DNA from: Candidatus Cloacimonadales bacterium
GTDB lineage: Bacteria; Cloacimonadota; Cloacimonadia; Cloacimonadales; JAIOQZ01
Length of the DNA stretch: 64,000 nucleotides
Direction: 5' to 3'
Assembly (NCBI GenBank): GCA_963674825.1
Contig: OY771587.1
Span: forward strand, 2,720,001-2,784,000
Position 1 is the stretch's first letter. Every line of letters starts with the position of its first letter. The position numbers were made by a program, and so were the translations under genes. The notes below the pieces were generated by a model that saw only the letters and a list, made by a program, of their open reading frames with translations, made no database searches and had not been told where the DNA came from. This document shows, piece by piece, positions 10,469 to 19,066 of this stretch.

Positions 10469-10522
10469 CTATCCATATATCACCCTGCCGTATTTATTTG
10501 CCGGGTAGGCCATTCCACCGAT
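10469..10522 (-). pseudogene. Duplicated 3' fragment of the nucleotidyltransferase gene
   Basis: 10470-10522 matches 10689-10741 at 50/53 nt and encodes IGGMAYPANKYGRVIYG-stop. Confidence 0.8.
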
Positions 10523-10560
10523 ATTTTCCGGAACGTGATTCATTCATCCACCAGCATGCC

Positions 10561-10638
10561 CCTTCGACTCCGCTCAGGGTGACACGCTGAGGGAGTTAAT
10601 CGCGTTATCTACCGTGTCATCCTGAGCGGAGTCGAAGG
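10561..10638. repeat. REP-like inverted repeat (26-bp arms, 26-nt spacer)
   Basis: CCTTCGACTCCGCTCAGGGTGACACG (10561-10586) and CGTGTCATCCTGAGCGGAGTCGAAGG (10613-10638) are complementary except for one G-T pair. Confidence 0.88.
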
Positions 10639-10687
10639 ACAACGGTAGAAAACGAGATAATCATTGAGCATTTAACTTGCGGCCGCT

Positions 10688-10984
10688 TTATCCATAAATC
10701 ACCCTGCAGTATTTATTTGCCGGGTAGGCCATTCCTCCGATCACATCCTTGCTGGCCTCAAACCAGTCTTTCTGCATTACGACGATATCGAACGGAAAAC
10801 CGAGGCCGGATAGCGATTCCTCGATCTTGAGGCTCTCCTGCCTTCGATTGACCTCTTCATTCTCGACAATCAAAAGATCGATATCGCTATCGCGGGTCAT
10901 GGTGCCTGTTGCGGCTGAGCCGAACAGGATTACCTTCTCCGGTTTTACGACATTCAATATCCTGCCTAGTATCTCGGTAATCAA
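10688..10984 (-). CDS. Minimal nucleotidyltransferase (MNT antitoxin-like), possibly decaying
   Basis: PEKVILFGSAATG....DSDIDLLIV is the pol-beta GS/DxD motif. No HEPN partner nearby. The start is uncertain: the frame extends to IGIDDAL with ATA rather than ATG after AGGA. Confidence 0.8.
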   Translation of the reverse strand: MITEILGRILNVVKPEKVILFGSAATGTMTRDSDIDLLIVENEEVNRRQESLKIEESLSGLGFPFDIVVMQKDWFEASKDVIGGMAYPANKYCRVIYG

Positions 10985-11226
10985 GGCGTCATCGATACCT
11001 ATAATTCATCCTGTAATCATTGTTTGCTACAACACAAGCGTAGCGAATCTTGCTGGTCAAGAAGAATCTGCATCGAACTTGTAAGAAATCCTTACAGATT
11101 GGAACACGTTCGATATTTCAGTAGTCGAGTATTGCTTCACAACTTGATTATCGGATAAAGGATGCTCGCCCGGAGGCCGAGAGCTACGAAGCGACGCAGG
11201 GTGGATCATGCATTACGTATCGTGCA

Positions 11227-11324
11227 TCGATACATCCCGGCAAACCGGCCACTCAGCATGACACGCTTATTGATGCGGAACATACTCCTGTGTCATCCTG
11301 AGTAGCGAGGAACGAGCGTATCGA
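11227..11324. repeat. Second, diverged GTCATCCTGAG-type REP-like inverted repeat
   Basis: TCGATAC...ACTCAGCATGACAC pairs with GTGTCATCCTGAGT...GTATCGA and shares the GTGTCATCCTGAG core with the 10561 element. Confidence 0.7.
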
Positions 11325-11356
11325 GGGAGAATGCAGGCAATGGCATACTCAGGCGG

Positions 11357-11386
11357 AAAAGAAAAACGCCGGACGAATCCGGCGTT
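11357..11386 (-). terminator. Intrinsic terminator of the SBP gene
   Basis: AACGCCGGA-CGAA-TCCGGCGTT stem (UUCG loop on the minus strand) followed by a T-tract on the minus strand. Confidence 0.85.
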
Positions 11387-11408
11387 GAAAGCGTGATGCG
11401 AGAATCGG

Positions 11409-12179
11409 TTATTCTTTGACCAGCGCGGCGATACCACCCTTGTAATACGGCTTGGAGAAGAGCACCTTCTCCTGGCGTTCGGGGGAGATGGTGATGCAGG
11501 CCGCGATCATATCGACCTTACCCTCTTCCAGCGCGGGGATCATCTCGCCAAACTCCATGTTGACGATTTCCAGCTTCTTATTCAGCTTCTGCGCGATCAG
11601 CTTCGCGAGCTCGATGTCGATACCAACAATCTGCTGGTTTCCATCTACAAACGAGAAGGGTTCGGTCACGGCGGCGGTTCCGAGGCGCAGTACGTCATCC
11701 GATTCAACTTCCGGCATTTCCGGCATGGGAGCGGGTGCGCCTTCTTCGGGCAGCCAGCGCGCGATCATCTCGGTATAGTAACCGTTGCTGTTGATCTCGT
11801 CGAGGACGGCGTTGATCTGGTCCGCAAGCTCAGTGTTTTCCTTCTGCACGGCGATTCCATAGTGGTCCACGGTGATCATGTCGGCAAGGACCTTGAGTCC
11901 GGGCGTCTTGGCGGCGATGTTCTTGAGGATGGGTTCGTCGTAAGCGGCAGCGTCGGCTTCACCGTTCATAACGGCTTCACAGCATGCAGCGACGTCGTTG
12001 AAGTACTTGAATTGAGCAGTGGCATACTTGGATCTGACCAACTCATCCGCGATGGTTCCCTGCGGTACGGCAAAAACTTTGTCTGCAAGCTGGGCTGTTT
12101 TTTCGATTTTCACTTGTATCTGGCAACCTGCGATCAGCGCGATCGCCAGTACGATTAAGATGATTGATTGCAATTTCAT
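11409..12179 (-). CDS. Polar amino-acid ABC substrate-binding lipoprotein (family 3), circularly permuted
   Basis: Lipobox IAGC (Cys19). Both halves of an SBP_bac_3 domain are present but in swapped order. Confidence 0.9.
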   Translation of the reverse strand: MKLQSIILIVLAIALIAGCQIQVKIEKTAQLADKVFAVPQGTIADELVRSKYATAQFKYFNDVAACCEAVMNGEADAAAYDEPILKNIAAKTPGLKVLADMITVDHYGIAVQKENTELADQINAVLDEINSNGYYTEMIARWLPEEGAPAPMPEMPEVESDDVLRLGTAAVTEPFSFVDGNQQIVGIDIELAKLIAQKLNKKLEIVNMEFGEMIPALEEGKVDMIAACITISPERQEKVLFSKPYYKGGIAALVKE

Positions 12180-12559
12180 GACATTCCCCTCGTATTTTTT
12201 GCAGCAAGGAAGAGTGCATGCGTTGGGTTGTCAATGAAAAAGCGCACCGCCGGTTTGCATTACCAAGGAGAAAGAATAATGGCTATAATGTTTAACGATA
12301 CTAATGTAAGTGTTTACTAGTATGTTAAAGCCTATCCTGTTCGTATTCCTCCAAGCCAATCAATTCTGCGATAATTCTATATTCTCCCAAAAAACCTTGA
12401 CACACTGGCGAAATCCCCATCGATTAACAGTAATTTCTTAAGGAAACGAAAGGGGGATGTTTTTCTGAAGATGAATCATCCTGAAATAAGCAAGGCATTG
12501 CATATCAATTCTTACAACACACGTGAAACACGCATATACTATGTTGGAAAGGACGTTTT

Positions 12560-13729
12560 ATGAACATTCATGAGTATCAGGCGAAAAAGATTTTCGCGAA
12601 GTACGGTGTTCCCCTCAGCAAGGGGAAGGTCGCGTTCACAGTCGAAGAAGCGGTTGAAGCCGCGAAGGAAATCGGCGGTGAGAAATGGGTAGTCAAGGCG
12701 CAGATTCACGCCGGTGGCCGCGGAAAAGGTGGCGGTGTGAAGCTCGCGAAGACATTGGATGAGGTAAGGCAGCACGCGGACGCGATTTTGGGCATGACAC
12801 TTGTTACGCATCAGACGGGACCGCAAGGCAAGCTGGTCAAGAAGCTCTATATCGAGGCAGCCGCGGATATCGCGAAGGAATATTATCTCGGTGTAGTGCT
12901 CGATCGTGCGCGCGAAATGCCGGTCTTCATCGCGTCCACCGAGGGTGGTATGGAGATCGAGAAGGTTGCAGCAGAAAGCCCCGAGAAGATCATCAAGGTC
13001 GGTGTCGATCCGCTGAGCGGATTCCAAGCCTTCCATGCACGTGAACTGGCTTTCGGGCTGAATCTGTCTCCTGCACAGATGAAGGAATTCGGTAAGTTCG
13101 TGCAGGCGCTCTATAAGGTCTATATCGAGAACGACGCCAGCCTCATCGAGATCAATCCGCTGGTTCTGACCGGCGACGACCGTTTTATCGCGCTCGACGC
13201 CAAGATGAATTTTGACGACAACGCGCTCTATCGCCATCCGGCAATCATGGAGATGCGCGATCTGGACGAAGAAGAACCCACCGAGACAGAGGCTGGTAAC
13301 TTTGGGCTGAGTTATATCAAGCTCGATGGCAATGTCGGTTGTATGGTCAACGGCGCGGGTCTGGCGATGTCCACGATGGATATCATCAAGCTTTCCGGCG
13401 GTGAACCGGCGAACTTTCTGGACGTAGGTGGTGCTGCCAGCGCTGAGACGGTTGCCAAGGGATTCGAGATCATTCTGCGAGATCCCAACGTGAAGGCGAT
13501 CTTCGTGAACATCTTTGGCGGTATCGTGCGATGCGATCGTATCGCGAACGGCATCCTTGAAGCGACTCAGGTCACCAACGTATCGGTGCCGGTCATTGTG
13601 CGTCTGGACGGAACCAACGCGAAAGAAGCCTCGGAGATTCTCCGGCAATCGAACATCGAGAATATCATCACCGCGAGCGACCTCGCAGACGGCGCACAGA
13701 AAGCGGTTCAGGCAGCGAAAGGAGCATAA
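12560..13729 (+). CDS. sucC: Succinyl-CoA synthetase beta subunit
   Basis: [58 protein letters not shown]. Confidence 0.98.
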   Translation: MNIHEYQAKKIFAKYGVPLSKGKVAFTVEEAVEAAKEIGGEKWVVKAQIHAGGRGKGGGVKLAKTLDEVRQHADAILGMTLVTHQTGPQGKLVKKLYIEAAADIAKEYYLGVVLDRAREMPVFIASTEGGMEIEKVAAESPEKIIKVGVDPLSGFQAFHARELAFGLNLSPAQMKEFGKFVQALYKVYIENDASLIEINPLVLTGDDRFIALDAKMNFDDNALYRHPAIMEMRDLDEEEPTETEAGNFGLSYIKLDGNVGCMVNGAGLAMSTMDIIKLSGGEPANFLDVGGAASAETVAKGFEIILRDPNVKAIFVNIFGGIVRCDRIANGILEATQVTNVSVPVIVRLDGTNAKEASEILRQSNIENIITASDLADGAQKAVQAAKGA

Positions 13730-13730
13730 C

Positions 13731-14606
13731 ATGTCGATATTGGTCAACAAAGATTCGAAGGTCATCGTTCAGGGATTCACCGGCAAAGAGGGAACCTTTC
13801 ACGCCGGACAGTGCATCGACTACGGCACCAATATCGTCGGCGGTGTGACTCCCGGAAAAGGTGGTCAGGAGCACCTCGGCAAGTCGGTTTTCGATACCTG
13901 TAGAGACGCTGTGGTAGCGACAGGCGCGAATGTCTCGCTCATTTTCGTTCCGCCCAAATTCGCAGCGGATGCAGTCATGGAAGCTGCTGAAGCCGGTGTC
14001 GAAGTGATCGTTTGCATCACCGAAGGTATCCCGGTCAAGGACATGATGATCGCCAAGAAGCTCTGCAACGCGCGTGGCGTACGGCTTGTCGGGCCGAACT
14101 GTCCTGGCATCATCACCCCGGAAGAAGCCAAGATCGGTATCATGCCCGGATTCGTTTTCAAGAAAGGACGCGTGGGCGTAATCAGTAAATCCGGAACCCT
14201 CACCTACGAAGCAGCCAACCAGGTCGTGCAGGCGGGACTGGGTGTTTCCACTGCGGTGGGTATCGGTGGCGATCCCATCATCGGAACCGGGTTCATCGAT
14301 CTTCTGGAACTGTTTGAGAAGGATCCTGAGACGGATGCCATCGTCATGATCGGCGAGATTGGCGGCGATCTGGAGATTCAGGCAGCAAGCTATATCAATG
14401 AGAATGTAACCAAGCCGGTGATTTCGTTCATCGCCGGTCAAACCGCGCCCAAAGGAAAGCGCATGGGCCATGCCGGTGCGATTATCGCCGGTAGCAAAGG
14501 CACCGCGAAAGAGAAGATGGACGCGCTTCGAGCCGCGGGAGTGTCCGTGGTCGATTCACCAGCAGAGATAGGAGTGACAGCATTCAATAGATTGAAAACC
14601 ACATAA
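13731..14606 (+). CDS. sucD: Succinyl-CoA synthetase alpha subunit
   Basis: ATG 13731 after [38 protein letters not shown] (phospho-His). Confidence 0.98.
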   Translation: MSILVNKDSKVIVQGFTGKEGTFHAGQCIDYGTNIVGGVTPGKGGQEHLGKSVFDTCRDAVVATGANVSLIFVPPKFAADAVMEAAEAGVEVIVCITEGIPVKDMMIAKKLCNARGVRLVGPNCPGIITPEEAKIGIMPGFVFKKGRVGVISKSGTLTYEAANQVVQAGLGVSTAVGIGGDPIIGTGFIDLLELFEKDPETDAIVMIGEIGGDLEIQAASYINENVTKPVISFIAGQTAPKGKRMGHAGAIIAGSKGTAKEKMDALRAAGVSVVDSPAEIGVTAFNRLKTT

Positions 14607-14621
14607 AACAAGGAGATGCTT

Positions 14622-15467
14622 ATGCGGAACATCAACGTGAATGAGATCATTCCGGTGGTCCGGCAGCTTTGCATCGACGCCAACTACTACATCGGGGAGG
14701 ATGTTCTGAATCGCATCAAGCAGATGCGGGAGACCGAGGAATCGGATACCGCGCGCGAGGTGCTGGACATCATGCTCGAAAACTACAAGCTGGCGGCCGA
14801 AGAAAAGATGCCATCCTGTCAGGATACCGGAGTGGCGGTCGTATTCATCGAACTGGGACAAGAGGTTCACATCGAAGGCGGCGGTTTCGTCGAGGCCATC
14901 AACGAGGGAGTCCGACAGGGCTACAAGGACGGCTATCTGCGTAAATCGCTGGTCAATGACCCTATCATCGATCGGAAAAACACCGGTGACAACACACCGG
15001 CATTGATCTATACCGATATTGTCCCGGGAGACAAGCTCAAGATCACCGTAGCGCCCAAAGGCGGCGGCAGCGAGAACATGAGTGAAGTCAAGATGATGAA
15101 AGCGGCTGACGGCATCGAAGGCGTAATCGAATTCGTGGTGGACCGCATCAGACGGTCTGGAGGCAATCCCTGTCCGCCGGTGGTTGTAGGCGTCGGTTTA
15201 GGCGGCAATTTCGAGCAGAGTGCTCTGCTGGCAAAAAAATCGCTGTTGCGCCCTCTGGATCAGGAGAATCCCGATCCGAAGTGGGCGAAGGTCGAGAAAG
15301 AGATTCTGGAGAAGGTCAACAAACTGGGGATTGGTCCGCAGGGCTTTGGTGGCAGAACCACCGCCCTGGGCGTGAGCATCCTCCATAAACCGTGCCACAT
15401 CGCTTCCATGCCGGTTGCGGTGAACGTACAGTGCCACGCGGCACGGCACAAGAGCGCGGTGATATGA
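14622..15467 (+). CDS. Class I (Fe-S) fumarate hydratase alpha subunit (TtdA-like)
   Basis: CQDTG, GDNTPA, KGGGSENMS, GNPCPP, CHIASMPVAVNVQCHAAR. Confidence 0.93.
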   Translation: MRNINVNEIIPVVRQLCIDANYYIGEDVLNRIKQMRETEESDTAREVLDIMLENYKLAAEEKMPSCQDTGVAVVFIELGQEVHIEGGGFVEAINEGVRQGYKDGYLRKSLVNDPIIDRKNTGDNTPALIYTDIVPGDKLKITVAPKGGGSENMSEVKMMKAADGIEGVIEFVVDRIRRSGGNPCPPVVVGVGLGGNFEQSALLAKKSLLRPLDQENPDPKWAKVEKEILEKVNKLGIGPQGFGGRTTALGVSILHKPCHIASMPVAVNVQCHAARHKSAVI

Positions 15468-16180
15468 ACTTCAGCGCCTTCCGCAAGACCAGACTCTTCC
15501 ATCGACTCAAGCTGATTGCCCTGCCGGTGTTGCGTCCGTTCTTCAAGACGCGCATCAAGCGTTGGGCGGAATTCACCTACTGGAAAGAGCAGTGGGAGAA
15601 GGAAGGCGGTACCTTCGCGAACGCACACTACAAGCCATTGATGCTGGCCGTGGCTGGCGAGAACGATGCGGAATTCCTGCGCGATAAACACGTTGCCGAT
15701 TTCGGCTGCGGGCCGCGCGGAAGCCTCTGCTGGGCGAAAGACGCCCGTTCGCGCATCGGGATCGATGTGCTCATCGACCAGTATGCGAAACTGGGAATTG
15801 CCGAGCATGACATGGTCTATGTATGCAATACCGAGAAGTGGATTCCGCTGCCGGATAACTACATCGATGTCATGTTCATGATCAACTCACTGGACCATTG
15901 CTCCGACCTCGGAAGCTCGTGCAAGGAAATCCTGCGCGTGATGAAAAAGGGCGCGCTGCTCGTCGGTTCCTTCGGACTGGAGGAGGAGATGAGCGCTGCC
16001 GAACCCACCACGCTCACCATGAAGAAGCTCAACGGCTGCCTTCTGGACAAATTCCGCATCGAGCGCATGATCCTCGGTCCCAAGGGACCCGACGGCGACA
16101 CTTACTGCCACATGGCAAATCCGCCTGAGATAATCCCCGACGGACCGCGCATCCTGTGGGTCAGAGCAACCAAGCTTTAA
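15464..16180 (+). CDS. Class I SAM-dependent methyltransferase
   Basis: ATGA overlap with the fumarase alpha stop. Motif I VADFGCGP, IGID, LPDNYIDV, NSLDH, EILRVMKKG. Confidence 0.85.
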   Translation: MNFSAFRKTRLFHRLKLIALPVLRPFFKTRIKRWAEFTYWKEQWEKEGGTFANAHYKPLMLAVAGENDAEFLRDKHVADFGCGPRGSLCWAKDARSRIGIDVLIDQYAKLGIAEHDMVYVCNTEKWIPLPDNYIDVMFMINSLDHCSDLGSSCKEILRVMKKGALLVGSFGLEEEMSAAEPTTLTMKKLNGCLLDKFRIERMILGPKGPDGDTYCHMANPPEIIPDGPRILWVRATKL

Positions 16181-16189
16181 GGAGAAACC

Positions 16190-16747
16190 ATGGCAAAGAC
16201 CGTCTATCTGCAAACTCCTTTGAAATCGGAAGACCTCGTAAAGCTCGAAGTGGGCGACAAGGTCTATCTCTCCGGAATTATCTACACAGGGCGTGACGCC
16301 GCGCATAAACGGCTCGTGGCGCTGCTCGACGAGAATAAAGCGCTTCCCTTCGATGCCGAGGGCTCGGTTATATACTACGTAGGGCCTGCTCCGGCACCTC
16401 CGGGAAAGCCCATCGGCTCAGCCGGTCCAACCACCAGTTACCGCATGGATCCCTACGCGCCGGCGTTGCTCGACGCGGGAATGAAAGCCATGATCGGCAA
16501 AGGGCCGCGCGGCGATAAGGTGGTGGACTCGATGAAAAAGAACCGCGCCGTGTATCTGGCCGCCATCGGTGGCGCTGCGGTGGTGGTAGCGAAATCGATC
16601 AAAGACGCGAGAATCATCGCGTACGAAGACCTCGGCCCCGAAGCAATCCGTGAGCTCAAGGTAGAAAATTTCCCTTGCATCGTCGCCAACGACACCCAGG
16701 GAAACGACATTTACAAGCTCGGCGTGGAGACGTATAAGAGGGATTGA
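16190..16747 (+). CDS. Class I fumarate hydratase beta subunit (TtdB-like)
   Basis: TGRDAAHKRL, SAGPTTSYRMD, MIGKG, DLGPEAI. Confidence 0.93.
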   Translation: MAKTVYLQTPLKSEDLVKLEVGDKVYLSGIIYTGRDAAHKRLVALLDENKALPFDAEGSVIYYVGPAPAPPGKPIGSAGPTTSYRMDPYAPALLDAGMKAMIGKGPRGDKVVDSMKKNRAVYLAAIGGAAVVVAKSIKDARIIAYEDLGPEAIRELKVENFPCIVANDTQGNDIYKLGVETYKRD

Positions 16748-16768
16748 TTTCCGGTTCTCATCTTTTAC

Positions 16769-16792
16769 GGGCGGATTAATTCCGCCCTTTTT
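16769..16792 (+). terminator. Intrinsic terminator of the suc-fum operon
   Basis: GGGCGGA-TTAAT-TCCGCCC followed by TTTTT. Confidence 0.85.
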
Positions 16793-16985
16793 CTTATGCG
16801 TCGATACATATCCATTTAATTCCCATCGTACGAATTATCCATACACCAACGAGATAGGAAACAGGTGTGAGTGAACTTCATTATGGGCGTTGGTCTAAAA
16901 ATGAACAGCCATGTGTTTCGTGTACGCTTTACCTTGACAGAATGGTTTTTCTGGGCAGTGTTGCCGTCAAATTCAAGGAGGATTC

Positions 16986-17813
16986 ATGAAACGAATCATT
17001 TATTTCGTATTGGCAGCTTTGATTGCGCTTACCTTTTTTGCATGCGACAGCAGCAGTGACAGCGATGGAGGTGGTTCCAATAACCTCGTCGAATCTATTC
17101 GTAACGCAGATTTCATGATCGATGTTGCTGGGAATGAATACCGCGGCACGTATATTTCCGTTACCATTTCTTCGGATGTTGTCGATTATGAAACATTCAT
17201 GGGCACATTCATCCATACTCTTACCGTGGATGGCGAAGACATGACACAATACCAGAGTAGCTACGCCGATGTCGATTGGGTGACCTACTATCTTCCCACA
17301 TCCCTGGTCGCAGGACAAACGTACGCGATGACCTACAAGCTTCAGCTGTTCGTCGATGGCGTAAACACCCTTACAAAAGAGGTCGGCGGATCGGTCATGA
17401 TCGCAAATTCGGCTACCTGGGATGTTCCTACAGCTCCGTCAACACCTGCTGAAGAAGTGTCATTCTACTGGCAGATGGACGCAAATAACTCTCATCAGTT
17501 CGCTTTCGCTTCCTCTGAAGGCTTCGACTGGGAAACATATGATTACGAATTCGATGAATTCTGGGCAGAACTGGGTGTCGATGACCGCAGCTACACTTTT
17601 GCTGCTAATTGCGTCAATGACTACAGCGAGAACTGGGATGAAACTTACCTCTGGTATCAGGTTACATCATTTAACTACTTTATGAACGATGACCTGGCTA
17701 TCCTGAGCGAGACCTCCGGTTCAACTTCCTACGATCCGTGGGATCGCGCAGAATCACGCGAAGATCTTCAGAAGCGCGTTAGCGCATTTGTACGCTATCT
17801 GAGAACAAAGTAA
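16986..17813 (+). CDS. Hypothetical acidic lipoprotein
   Basis: RBS AGGAGG, signal peptide with lipobox FFAC, Ser/Gly linker. No family recognised. Confidence 0.8.
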   Translation: MKRIIYFVLAALIALTFFACDSSSDSDGGGSNNLVESIRNADFMIDVAGNEYRGTYISVTISSDVVDYETFMGTFIHTLTVDGEDMTQYQSSYADVDWVTYYLPTSLVAGQTYAMTYKLQLFVDGVNTLTKEVGGSVMIANSATWDVPTAPSTPAEEVSFYWQMDANNSHQFAFASSEGFDWETYDYEFDEFWAELGVDDRSYTFAANCVNDYSENWDETYLWYQVTSFNYFMNDDLAILSETSGSTSYDPWDRAESREDLQKRVSAFVRYLRTK

Positions 17814-17827
17814 TCTATTACCATATA

Positions 17828-17860
17828 GAAAAAGCCCTGTCAGATCGACAGGGCTTTTCT
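17828..17860. terminator. Bidirectional intrinsic terminator
   Basis: AAAAGCCCTGTC-AGATC-GACAGGGCTTTT between convergent genes. Confidence 0.85.
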
Positions 17861-17877
17861 TATTGAACAGCTTAGAA

Positions 17878-18975
17878 TCAATCACCCAGGCAGATGCCGA
17901 GTCCACGAGCTGTGTGCATGATATTCGAATCCATCTTGATATAGTTATACTTGGCGATTGCTTCCTTTATAGGGACGGCCTTGATGTCCTGATTACGATA
18001 GGCGACCATATATCCCCATTTCTTCTCCATGACCAATTCCATCGCCTTTACGCCGAACTGTGTTGCCAATACACGATCAAATGCACAGGGCGAACCGCCA
18101 CGCTGAAGGTGACCGAGGATCGAAACGCGCATGTCCATCTCCAGCCCTACTTCCTTGAGCTCTGCCATCAAGCGCATGCCAGCGCCGCCAAGACGGAAGT
18201 TCTCGTAGCCTGGCTCGTCGCTCTTCTGCCCGACAACCGATCCGCCTTTCGGCATTGCGCCTTCGGCGATAACGATATTCACGAAGCCACGTCCGCGTTT
18301 GTAGCGGCTACGGATACGATCTGCGATTATATTGATATCATAAGGTATTTCAGGGATAAGGCAGATCTCTGCTCCACCACCAATTGCTGCGTAGAGAGCG
18401 ATCCAGCCTGCGTCGCGTCCCATCACCTCGAGGATCATGGTGCGGTTGTGGCTTTCGGCAGTCGAGACCAGCTTGTCAACTGCGTCAGTTGCAATTTCCA
18501 CCGCAGTCTGGAAACCGAAAGTAAAATCGGTGGTCTCAAGATCATTGTCGATAGTCTTTGGCACGCCGACGACATTAAGTCCTTTCTCGAAGAGAGCTTG
18601 CGAGATTTTCTGCGAGCCGTCTCCACCGATGCTGATTACGGCGTGAACGTTCTGATACTGGAGCTTGCGGATAAGCTCGTCGGAGCGGTCAGCAGTGGTC
18701 CACGTTCCATCCGAATTCTGAATTGGCCATGAGAATGGGCCGCCTTTGTTGGTGGTCCGAATGATAGTTCCACCCTTAACGTGAATGCCGGCTACACGAG
18801 CCTTGTCCAGCCTGATAATCTCCATCGGTTCTTTCAAGATGCCGTTGTATGCTTCGATGCTGCCGAGGACTTCCCAATCGGATTCCTGACAGGCACGCTT
18901 GACGATTCCGCGAATAACGGCGTTGAGTCCCGGACAATCTCCCCCGCCTGTGACGACCATTACACGTTTTGTCAT
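17878..18975 (-). CDS. pfkA: 6-phosphofructokinase, probably ATP-dependent (group III type)
   Basis: TGGGDCPGLN, GGDGS (Gly at the ATP/PPi discriminating site), PKTIDND, EVMGR, LGHLQRGG. Confidence 0.93.
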   Translation of the reverse strand: MTKRVMVVTGGGDCPGLNAVIRGIVKRACQESDWEVLGSIEAYNGILKEPMEIIRLDKARVAGIHVKGGTIIRTTNKGGPFSWPIQNSDGTWTTADRSDELIRKLQYQNVHAVISIGGDGSQKISQALFEKGLNVVGVPKTIDNDLETTDFTFGFQTAVEIATDAVDKLVSTAESHNRTMILEVMGRDAGWIALYAAIGGGAEICLIPEIPYDINIIADRIRSRYKRGRGFVNIVIAEGAMPKGGSVVGQKSDEPGYENFRLGGAGMRLMAELKEVGLEMDMRVSILGHLQRGGSPCAFDRVLATQFGVKAMELVMEKKWGYMVAYRNQDIKAVPIKEAIAKYNYIKMDSNIMHTARGLGICLGD

Positions 18976-19066
18976 GGTTCCCCCTGATGATATTATTTTA
19001 CTATTACAATCATGAAATTTTATGGTGCAAGGTTGGCAAGTAAAATTTAGTGAAGCCGAGTAATCG

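Noticed and set aside
10561..11324. CRISPR array or IS ends suggested by repeated palindromes
   Set aside because: No regular repeat-spacer periodicity, no cas genes and no transposase. Better explained as REP-like elements.
12290..12330. attC-like GTTTAAC...GTTAAAG ends
   Set aside because: Only 41 bp (attC sites are about 57 bp or longer), the R' box is imperfect, and there is no cassette array or integrase.
12539..13765. 408-aa antisense ORF over sucC (similar cases: 17863-18732, 30385-31461, 33750-34496, 36564-37304, 37566-38576, 62575-63465)
   Set aside because: These are shadow ORFs of strongly codon-biased conserved genes. They have no recognisable motifs.
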